64,000 bases of DNA from Amoeboaphelidium protococcarum X5. Taxonomy: Eukaryota > Fungi > Aphelidiomycota. A program made the position numbers and the translations under genes. Under the pieces are notes generated by a model that worked only from the letters and a program-made list of their open reading frames with translations, did not search any database and had not been told where the DNA came from. Positions 14,565 to 24,814 of the stretch are shown here, piece after piece (the first letter of the stretch is position 1; every line of letters begins with the position of its first letter). The DNA lies in assembly GCA_023515725.1 (NCBI GenBank), contig JALDTO010000247.1, positions 62,001-126,000 on the forward strand, written 5' to 3'.

Positions 14565-17321
14565 TCTGACTCTTTTAAAACAAATAAAACGCTTGTTTTC
14601 TTTTGCACCGGTAGTGTTTTGCACCTTGCACCCGGAGAAACGCACCGAACTCGCTTTGTTACAATCTCGACCGTCTCGCATGTCTGGCAGGAAGCGTTCT
14701 AGAGCAGTGTAGAGTGACTCGTAGCCATCTGGAGGTGGTATCACCACCTCCAACAGTAGTACTGGCATCCCAGCCGTTGATGAGTGTGCTGGTGTTGGCA
14801 GTAGTGTCGGCGTATCCGCCTCCTCAAGTTCTGGTCTGGCTGGGTGCGAGGCTGAAACAAGTGTTGTTAGCATGAATCAAACTGCTGATATCACTTCACA
14901 AAGTTCTGCTCAAGTCAGTGCTGCTTTCAATAGGTAGCTGGAGAATGAAGATGAAGATGACGACGACGATTACGACTCTGATGATGGTCTGGATGATGAG
15001 CAGTTGGCGAAGAAGGTGAAGAGACGCAAGAAGTCGGAGAACAGCCATGTGTATCGCATTGAAGCGGCGTACAAGTATAAGCTGGATGAAGGCATTGGAG
15101 AGACGTTGAAGCTGCTGAGGTTGACTCGATCCGACGTATCTGTGCCACTCACTGGCGGTAGGCCTTTGGCTGTGAATAGTATGTAAGCCTACTAGAAGCA
15201 TTACAGAGGATTGCGGTACTTTTTTGCGCTAATTGGTGACTACAGCTCGAGTTTAATGCTGCTTCCTAACCCCCCGCAGTACACACCGTCAATGAACGCC
15301 AAGAGCATCATTTTGTTTATCAAGTTCAAGCGTAATGAGAAGGGTTCTTTGCTAAAAGACGAGAATGGCAACGCTGTGAAATGTGTCTATGGGCACGATA
15401 TCAAGTGCTAGGGTGGTTGGAATATGCCACAGAATGTTGACCAGTTGTTATCGGCTGTCTCTGTGCTGCATGATAGTCGTAATTAGAGGGGGGAGTACAG
15501 AGATATCTGCGAAGAGTGCATCCAACGTTCTGAGCGTGGTGATAGATCTGGCTGTCGGTTCCATCCGATGGCTCCTCGTATTTGGCTGGGTGGAGATCCA
15601 AAGAATTCTTCCCTCATGACTAACATGTAGAGATTGAACTCCCGCGATGGATGCAGCTACGTGTCCGAAGGCAGCTAGCCGCTCACACCTTGGGAATTAC
15701 TACGTCTCCGCGAGTATTTCATCTCGAAAAATGATGCGAAGTCATTCATGATGTGGACGATGATTATCGTTAGTATCAAGCTATTTCTGCGCAATGATGA
15801 AGTCACCGATTTGAAAATTCATGATCCTAGGCTGGAAAATTGTCTCAACAAGGATCTTGCGACCTTTCAAAGTGATGGCAGTATATCTTCCCTTGCTTTC
15901 TACATTAAAGGCAAGTCTGATCGTGTTAGAGTGTGCTTGACTCTTTGGACGGATTATGATGTGCCCGAATTGTGCCCGGTTCGTGCGCTTTTGACGTGGA
16001 TTTTTATTTCTGGGATTAGAACTGGATTCTTGTTCCCTCAAGAGAGTACACTGGATGCTGTGAAGCAAGTTGGGCATGCGGCGTACAACATCTCTTACGT
16101 ATCTTATCATAGGCAGTATCAGAAAGCTTGTAAGATTGCTACCGGCAATCCCGATGGTAAATTTGGTACGCACACTAGTAGGAAGACTGGCTATTTGCTT
16201 GCTGTTTGGGGAATGGGATCAGAGATTGACATCACTAAGAGTGCGCGACACGCTTCGTCCGCTAATGCCGCATTGTATAAGAAGGATGCTAGCTATTTGC
16301 TAGAATTAGCGAAGACTAGACGTTTGGACGTGTCTTCCGTGGTAAGCAAATTCAGATCAGCCTACTGTGAGTAGCTATAGATGGCTCGCAGTCTGAATGC
16401 TGCCCATTCTAGAGGCAATTTTTGTCTGCAGCAGGTGAGTCAAGAGATTGTTCGTAGCTTATGTGGATTATCTGATGTTGATGCAGTTGGTGGACCTAGA
16501 GTGATTTACGATGCACTTCTCCAGTTGCAGAAGAAAGAGACTGTGCTGCAGCTTATTGAGGCAAAGTTGAAAGAAATTGCACCTAATGCCACTCCGGAGG
16601 AGATTAATGAGCTGCGTAGGATGCTTGAGCTTTATGCGAATGGATTGATTGCTGCCACTCAATCAGCTAAGTTGAAGTAGCCAAAATCTACTCTGACTTC
16701 TCAATAATCTTCTTCCAGATAGTTACGTGAACAAGCTGCGGTTCACTCTGATGATGAACTCTATGAATCCGATGAAGAAGACACTGACGTAGCTGATGTT
16801 GTACCTGCCATCACAGCTGTTCAGTAGGATGAAGTTGTGAATGATATGCCTGGGAGAGAGAAAGTGAGAAAAGCGAAGACTGCCATGGCGAAGTTGGAGG
16901 CCATTCTTGCAGTGGATGATCCTGGCTCAACCGTCGGGTTATCAGCTGGCGCCAAATCATTCTACGTGAAGCAATACTGCCCGATCATGAAATGTCTGAG
17001 AAAGCACTTTGGCGGTGATTTGGATAAGTTCATCGCACATTGGGGGAACTTCAAACCAACTAGCTTCAAGACAAACAATTGCTCTGGTACCATGGATGAG
17101 TGTAGTATTTGAACAAGACAGATAATATGGAGACTGAGATTGAAAGTGGATTTAATACAAAAAGTTTAATGCAAAATCATTGAGGATTTGTTTGAAACAA
17201 CTGACTTGTCTGTTTTCTGCGAGATCACCGTCGCGCGCTCGATCGCTCGCGCATTCTTCCAACGTCAACCTTAACGGTTTCCGTTTTTGCACTTTGCACT
17301 TTTAACAATAAGAGCATTGTA
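14565..17321 (+). mobile_element. Crypton-like tyrosine-recombinase DNA transposon, 2,757 bp
   Basis: TTGTA direct repeat at 14560-14564 and 17317-17321. Single YR ORF; no RT and no long TIRs. Boundaries are defined by the split host gene. Confidence 0.88.
14680..17112 (+). CDS. Tyrosine recombinase (810 aa) of the Crypton-like element
   Basis: Uninterrupted with TAR=Gln. Catalytic set: R (LFLRNDE, 15790), K (IKGKSD), HxxR (GTHTSRKTG, 16171), H (SARH) and Y (AALYKKD, 16276). Confidence 0.9.
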
Positions 17322-18807
17322 CTCGAGCTAATGATGTGAGCCGCGCCATAGGAGTATTCGAACACTTCAAATCATCCGGTCTTCAACATTCAGTGGATGG
17401 TACTTCTGGTGTTGGTAACACAGCGCTGCATATCAAAGAGAGACCGGATGCCATCATGTATTAACAGATTATTCATGCGTGTGCCAAGTCTGGTTAAGTT
17501 GAGAGAGCTTTTAGCTACTTTGATGAGATGCTTCGCTCTGTGGATGATTCTGGCCGTGCTTTAGTCCCACTATAAAGCACCTTTAATGCTCTTATCCACG
17601 CCTGCGCCAAGAACGTTCGCTCTAGTTCCAAGTTTGGCTTTAGAAAGGCTTTTGAACTGTCGGAAGTGATGCAAGAAGTTTATGGCATGAAATTGGATGT
17701 TGTATCCTTCGAGTATCTTCTAATGGCATGTGGATAGTAAGGAGATGTTAGACGTGCAAAAGCTTTGATATCAAAGATGGAAACTGATGCTATACCTGTC
17801 CGTTAGTAAGCAGTATTATGGACACTTAACGCGTACTCTCAGTCTCCTGCTCTAATAACTCAACTGCATTAGTATTAAAAGTTGTACAAGAGGCGATTAG
17901 AATTTGACTAAGAGTAATTTAAAAGTCAGATCGGTCTGCTTAACTCCTAGCGCTTTGAATAAGGAATGCGCCCTATTGACGTGTCTGAGTGGATGTTGGA
18001 TGGTTCTGATTATCAAGTGGACCGAAAGTTGGAGAATAATGGCCAAACTGACCAACTCGGACACGATCTTGTGTAGCTGCAGAGTTACATACTTGACGGC
18101 GATAAAGAAGCGGGTAGGATATCTCGTCTATTTGAGGAAGGCTAGTAAATGTTTGATTCGTATCTCGCTTAATCCTCTTAGGTGAATACTCATGTACTGA
18201 ATGGATACTTGAACTTTCTCGGTGAGTATTGTTAAAAGAAAAAGGTAATGCATGCATATTAAAGTTTATATGATCAGCATCAATGTCAGTAAGATATCAA
18301 TACGTTCGGCAAAGTGATGTAACATTGGTTCCGTAGTAAAGTGATCTTCAATGATTAATCTGACAGCAATAACGAAGATCTTATAGAGAGAAAACAGTTG
18401 GTAGAGTTTGCATTGTCCGTATACAAAGATTATGAAAAATATCGATAAGCATCGTCATATCCACCCAGATGGACTCTTCTAAAAGATAAACATAAGAAGG
18501 TGGAATACAGCAACCTTGGTATCGGCCAAGTGGAATAGCTTAAAGAGTACAATCTGATGAAGAATTTGATCTTGGGCCTGACAAAGTGTGATGAACAAAA
18601 GGTTGCCATGAAATTGCTCAAGTAGTTTGCAGATCGCCGCCATTTCGTCGATCGCTCTGAAGATCCTCTCCTGTACAAAGTATCTTAACTGTTGACGCGC
18701 AACCATAAGCTTTGAATATTAAAAATTAATAGAATCAAATATTAAAAGGAGCTCTTAAACTTACGATCAAATTTGAGCAAAAGTACTATATTATTTTGTG
18801 TGTTAAT

Positions 18808-19623
18808 TCAGAAAGACTTCTTCTTCTCATCCAAACTCATAGCACCTGGACCCATGCTGAACAAGAGCAACAGGCCGCCCATAATAGATAAAGTCTAGAA
18901 GAAATCATACTTTAAGAAATCTCTGTGCGGATGATTGTGATGCAAAGACCACCAGTTGTTCAGAATAACGTTGGCAATACACAAAACCACCACAAGGAAC
19001 AGAGCACTGTACTTGGCCTTGAATCCAACAACGACCATAAGAGCGACACCGAATCCCACCAGACTCATCGTCACTCTGAAGAAGGACATCTCACCTGCGA
19101 ATAGGAAGGACAGAAATAGAGCGACCAGGAGCACACGGCCAGCCAGCTGTAGATAGTGCGTCTTCTTCTCCTCAGTCATGGAAGGCAGGCCGGCGAACAG
19201 ATCCTTCTTCTTCATCAACGACTCACTCAGCAACATCAAAAGACCACCGATAACTGACAGATTTCTAATGAAGAAGGTAAAGTCAAAGAACAGACCGTAG
19301 CCAATACTCTGTAAAAGTACAGTGGCAGCCAGCATACCGACAGCGATCGTGGTGAACTTTTTCATCATGACCAGTGCAGAGCCGCCAAGCATGAGGCCAA
19401 TGTTCACAATCAGAAATAGTTCAGCGATTCCCCATGGAATATGCTGATAATTTTGCAGATAGTACAGCTAGTCTGACCACTGGCTCATAATTCTCAGCGA
19501 ATCCTCCAAGAAGGTTACAATCAACAAGAACCTGGCAATAGACGGAATATAAGGCTTCACAGGCTGGGCCAAGCTGTCCAGAACTTCTTCAACTTTGGCT
19601 GAAATTTCTGAAACTTGTTCCAT
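18808..19623 (-). CDS. ERV29: SURF4/Erv29 ER cargo receptor
   Basis: IARFLLIVTFLEDSLR, RNLSVIGGLL and RDFLKYDFFQTLSIMGGLL motifs; C-terminal DEKKKSF. Confidence 0.95.
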
Positions 19624-20017
19624 TGTAATTGTTATTTTATTAAGCAATATTCACCAGCAGGTTAAATAAACTATTTTGTTTATCCACTGATAATAAATGT
19701 TAAAATGAGGTACAAGAAATAAAAGTTGCCACAAGTTCAGCTAGGAACGAGCGAAATACGCGGACAGATTCCTTTATTCTTGTTTCTCCCTCTCTCTCTC
19801 TCCACTGTCGCCGCTCGCCTCGCTATGATCTTTTGCGCTCTAGTTTCGTTCCACTGATACTTGTCGGTCGTTTACAATACTTAATCCGCCCAACAACGCT
19901 TCTCAAAAGAAAGAAACGCGCGTCTGTGAGAGATGGTCCGTTATAATTGAGACTGATAAGCATTGCTCAATTTATAGTGATAATGAATTGACAAAACTGT
20001 AAGAAGGAGAACAATCA

Positions 20018-21019
20018 TCATTGTACAGTTAGCTCATTCAGTGCGTAAGATAGCCTTTCTTTACGAATATAAATGTAGTATAGAGCGTTGAGAACAGAGT
20101 CTGAGATATCGTCCTTCTTACTGGCGCCATTCCACGCGTCCAAGAAATTGCGGTCAAATCTGATAATCTCATCAGAATTCGTAACTAGATGGTCCACTAT
20201 ACCGATCGCCATTTTCTTTTTATTGGTTTATTTCGCACTGCTACTTTACTTTTTTATTGTTACTGACTGCATGTCAACCTTGTCTTCATCATCGTCATTA
20301 ACTTTAACAGGTCTAGGATTTAATTGCATAAATTCAGAGACATTCTTAGCAGAGACTGAAAACGCGTACGGATACAATAATGCATGCAACTAACTCTCCA
20401 ATATCATACAGGGAACATTGTAAGTCATCAGCTATTGTTCAATGATGTAATGAGTATCTAAACTCTGAGACTACTGGAGCTACAAGGTAGCCTCTTTCAT
20501 ATTTGATGCCAACTTTCGCGTCTATTGTGCATAAACATGAAGCCAGTTCCGAGGCATTTACACCAGCTCTTTATTAGACTTTAGGCAAGTATCATGGAAT
20601 GATATACATACATCACGCGGCGTGAAAGAGCATAGAGAGTAAGAAAGATTTTACAGGCCAAGATCCACCGATACTAATATTCGCCGCGATTAGTCCTTTT
20701 AGAGTTCGACACCACTAATGCCTTTCAAGTCGGACAGTGAATCCAAAAGCGACTCATTAATCATTGACACTTTATCCGATTTTCGATAAATAGTCTACGG
20801 CAATCTTATCTAAAGCCTCCTGATAACATCATTCAATTGAACACTGGGCAATATCAAGAGTTGATTTCTGAGGCGTTACTCAACGTTGGAATTTAATTGT
20901 AAGAGTTCCAATGGACAGTTTCTAGATATCAAATTATGTTATGAAGTTAGCATCTCTTTCAAACGCCAAGCGATAGATTTAAATACCAGTTTACTATGCA
21001 ATAAACTTAGACTCGCCAT
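20018..21019 (-). CDS. Cce1/Ydc2-like (RuvC-fold) mitochondrial Holliday-junction resolvase
   Basis: ILVSVDLGLQNLSY, HYIIEQQ and KKDDISDSVLNALYY acidic motifs; 334 codons. Confidence 0.75.
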
Positions 21020-21083
21020 CTTATGGTGACCCTTTCAGCTAAATACGAAAATCTCAAACACTTGAAACAAAGAGACTAACCGC

Positions 21084-21105
21084 GAGAGAGAGAGAGAGAG
21101 AGAGA
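21084..21105 (+). repeat. (GA)n microsatellite in the divergent promoter region
   Basis: Perfect GA dinucleotide run. Confidence 0.9.
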
Positions 21106-21407
21106 AAAGCAATACTGAAGTGCGAAATTAAGGGGCACTCGCTGCTGCTTTTCTATTACGCGAGCGAGAGAATCCCATCGCCAAATGAAGATGAAGCAGC
21201 GAGGGAGAGTGAAGAACCCGAGTGCAGAGCAAGTTGACCGAAACCTTTTCGCTGAAATTCTAAAAAATCGCGCGATCGTCGCGGGTCAAAAGTCGTGAAA
21301 GATCAAGTAGAAGACCCATCCACAGCTCACTGCATTCCTTCTTCAATCAACATCACTTATCCTCACTGATAATACTATACCTGGACGCGTCTGTTTATAC
21401 ATTTAAA

Positions 21408-22364
21408 ATGGGATTCACAAACTTGCATTAGGAGACTGGACTTGCTGTCCTCAATGAGTACCTCAAGGATAAGAGCTACATTGTTGGGTAGGATTTTTTG
21501 TGTTTGTGTATGATCAGATTCTTTTGCTTAACGGTTACAATAATGGCGTCACAGTGTTATATTTACTTGTGAAATGTACGAATATGTTATAGAGAGAAGC
21601 AGATTATGATGTGATTATTGGTCCGTGTTACTGACGTGATGTTTGACGACAAACCTTCCAATTCTGAATCTGCTACCTTGTGTGGCGCGTCATTATGCTC
21701 ATTTTGCATTAGAATCTGATCATAAACTTGTACTAATTTCAAATGGTATTCATTTTCACGATTTGTATTATGTAGATTCGTTCCATCTGTGGCTGACCTT
21801 GAAGTTATTGCTGCACTCCACGGCGCACCTGATGCTAAATTCAACAATGCTCTCAGATGGTATAAACAGATTACCTCATACTCTGAGGAGGAGAAGAAGT
21901 CATTCCCTGGAGAGAAGAAGGGCGGTGCCAATGCATATGGTCCATCAGAGACTGAGGCTAAGGCTGCAGCAGCTGATGAAGATGATCTGGATTTGTTCGG
22001 CTCTGATGATGAGGAGCAGGATGCAGAGGCTGAGAAGGAGAAGCAGAAGCGTCTGGCCGAGTACAATGCTCGTAAGGCTGCAAAGCCAAAGGTTATTGCC
22101 AAGTCTTCCATCGTGCTGGATGTCAAGCCATGGGACGATGAGACTGACATGAAGGCTCTTGAAGAGGGTGTGCGTAAGATCTCAATGGACGGTCTGCTGT
22201 GGGGTGCCTCCAAGTTGGTGCCAGTCGGTTATGGTATCAGGAAGTTGCAGATTATGTGTGTCGTTGAGGATGACAAGGTGTCTGTCGATGACCTGAGTGA
22301 TCAGATCCTTGAGCTGGAAGACTATGCTCAGTCTGTCGATGTGGCTGCCTTCCAGAAGATTTGA
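21408..22364 (+). CDS. EFB1: Translation elongation factor 1-beta; intron 21488-21775
   Basis: MGFTNL...KSYIVG|[32 protein letters not shown] and [11 protein letters not shown] motifs. Confidence 0.97.
21598..21674 (+). ncRNA. SNR18: Box C/D snoRNA U18/snR18 in the EF1B intron
   Basis: Terminal stem AGCAGATT/AATCTGCT; C-like ATGATGT; guide TTGGTCCGTGTT plus D' CTGA (U18 antisense element); C' GTGATGT; D CTGA at 21664-21667. Yeast snR18 lies in the EFB1 intron. Confidence 0.88.
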
Positions 22365-22749
22365 TTATTATATAATTATTGTCACACAATCTCTCTCCTT
22401 ATAGCGGTAGAAGATTATTATAAAATGAAATCAAATTACATATAAATTGGCCATATTATGATACACTCTTACCTTTCTATGAGCTTTCGCGATCCGCCTC
22501 TCTTCTCTCCTGGGACGAGTCGCGCCGGATTGGAACGCGTCGTCGTCCCGCTTTCTTAACTCGAAAAAGTTGTTTCAGCGATAGATAGGGCGTTAGAGTT
22601 ACTCGATTAGGAACTCCACGAATTCATCCTCATTGGGGCTTATCACCTTTCTTGTTTCATGTGCATTACTCTGCGCGATTTCTTGCGGTGCCTTGTTGAA
22701 TACAACATTCTTGATTTGATAACTTCTACTAAAAACGGGAAGATAAAAT

Positions 22750-24486
22750 ATGCTTAGAGTAAGAGGAAATGAAGTGTTTACATCTCGAGTGAAACCGAGT
22801 CATTCGCATTTGGAAGATATCCTGCTGGAGAAGAGATAGCGAAATTAGTAAAATTAAGTCAGATTTATAGTTGCGTGTGCTGTTTTGCTCATCTGCTTGT
22901 GGAGTTTTGTTACGTATTGCATCTGGAACTATGTAAAGTTGACTGAAGATCGTGATGCTTTTGATTTTGCCTCAGAGTTTCGTGTATAGTCGCGGTTGAA
23001 TATATTCAATTCATATTAGAAGCGTAATAGTACAGTTTTGGTGGCGATTGATGAGAGCGATCTGACCGAATATCCATTTATAGTTAGACTTATTGACAAT
23101 CTTTAATAGTAACCGAATTGCACAGTCATACCTCTGCTCATCCATCAGTCATCTCTGGTAAATGTTAAGAACATTTTACTAGGCGAACACCGAAAGGTTC
23201 ATAATTCTAATAATGGCTCCACCTGTCAAGTATTATAATTCAAATACATCCCGTAGTCTATTGCTGTTAAAATTTGGCCTGAACTTGTAAAATTATACTC
23301 GGCGAAATTGTTAATCGCGTCAGAGAGTTTACCACTTAAAATCATGTCAGGAGTTGATACAATTCAAGTTAGCGCTAAAGATTGGTAGAATATTCATTGG
23401 TTCGGATAACTCAGTGTTCACTCTCTTAGTAAATGGCGTGTACCTAAAATTGAGATCAAAATCATTACTTTTAATCGACCATAGTCTCTGCATAGACTTC
23501 TCACCTCTCTTCTCGATGCCGATTATATGGGAGATGATGTTGACGTGGAGATTGGTATAGAGGCATTGGCTGATAGCAAGACTATCAAAGTGGCGGAATC
23601 TTTCGCAAATGTGTGGTCTTATGGATAGGTGAGAATAAGGCGTAGAGTAATTCCAGCAGGATTATTTACTTCTATTGTCGAAAGTTGGTATCCAGTTGAT
23701 AATCATACATACGCAGTTTTGCTAGAGGATGATATTGAAGTCTCGCCTCTGTTCTATGTTTGGCTTAAATTAAATTTACTCAAGTACAGATACACACAAA
23801 TACATTCGCCATCCATCTCCTAGCTCTATGGAATCAGTTTGTATACTCCTAAAGTGCATGAAGTTACTTATCCAAAGCGGAAATTTCGTGCCGATGAAGA
23901 GATTAATCCCCAATTCTCACCATTCCTCTTTCAAGTTCCGTGCTCGTGGGGAGCTCTGTATTTTCCAGAGGTATGGCGCTAATTTCATTCATACCTCAAA
24001 GAGAGAGATCCCATGTCTTTGGATACTCATTCTGGTGTCAAGTCTGATGTTGTCATTCCGAAATCACGGTCCAATGTATGGCGTCAATCGTGGAAGAAGT
24101 TCTTTATTGAGTTGGTCTATCGTCACGGTCTTGTCATGCTGTATCCGAATTTTAAGAATTAAAGCAGCTTCAGTACCAATCACCTAGAGGCGGGAACTCA
24201 TATCTCTGACGGTTTAAAGCGTGCACTCATTTCCAGTTTCCAAGTGCCTCTGATCAACAGAACGCGAGTAGAATTGACATTTGACTCTCACTGTAAGATT
24301 GTCTCATAATCATCATAATCATCATTATCATCATTATCATAATCTCTGAATGCATATGCGTCTTTGTGGGATTTACCATTGGCTAAACTTCCGGATTATG
24401 ACGTGTTACCCACCTGGGATCTCTTTGGTAAGAATGCAACATTGGAATCTCTCATTCAAAATGGTTAAAGTCTGAATTTAGTATGA
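22750..24486 (+). CDS. Type II membrane GT-A (GT2-like) glycosyltransferase
   Basis: N-terminal TM helix; IITFNRPQSLHRLL, AGLFTSIVESWYP, VLLEDDIEVSP and QVPCSWGALYFP motifs. Confidence 0.8.
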
Positions 24487-24814
24487 TGTTGTCTCCTTTC
24501 ATCAATATCATTGCCTTAACTTTCAATTAAGTAATTATCTGTTTTTTGCTAGATCAATTTTGATTAACTTGCGCAACCTAAATATCATCAGCAGATCACC
24601 TTGCAATACATACTGAACTGTAGTAAAACTACCTTCAATCGATCGTCGTTGTGAAAAGAATCTGAAACAGTCGCGCCTTAAAACGGGAAATTTTGTTGTT
24701 CATCGGCCACTCTTCTCTCTTTATCGCGGCAACTCTCATAATATTACAAATTTAATTAACTTTTGTATATACTCTTTACGAATCTTCATCTATTTTGTGT
24801 AATTGAGGGGTATA

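Larger units (their letters stand above)
13727..18715 (+). pseudogene. Mitochondrial pentatricopeptide-repeat (PPR) protein gene interrupted by a Crypton-like element (segments 13727-14564 and 17322-18715)
   Basis: Basic presequence-like N-terminus and PPR repeats (SYGIVIKCLANNG, YSSLIKAC|TRANDVSRAIGVF, YQQIIHACAKSG, TFNALIHACAKN). Removing 14565-17321 joins the two halves in frame within one PPR repeat. Confidence 0.85.

Noticed and set aside
20018-21019. Second RuvC-like ORF as another Fanzor/TnpB
   Set aside because: Short, with no Zn finger, DRD motif or TIRs. Its motifs fit the Cce1/Ydc2 resolvases.
21587-22213. Long antisense and alternative-frame ORFs over EF1B (similarly 51713-52159 and 15781-16173)
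   Set aside because: Shadow ORFs of real genes or of the poly-Thr repeat.
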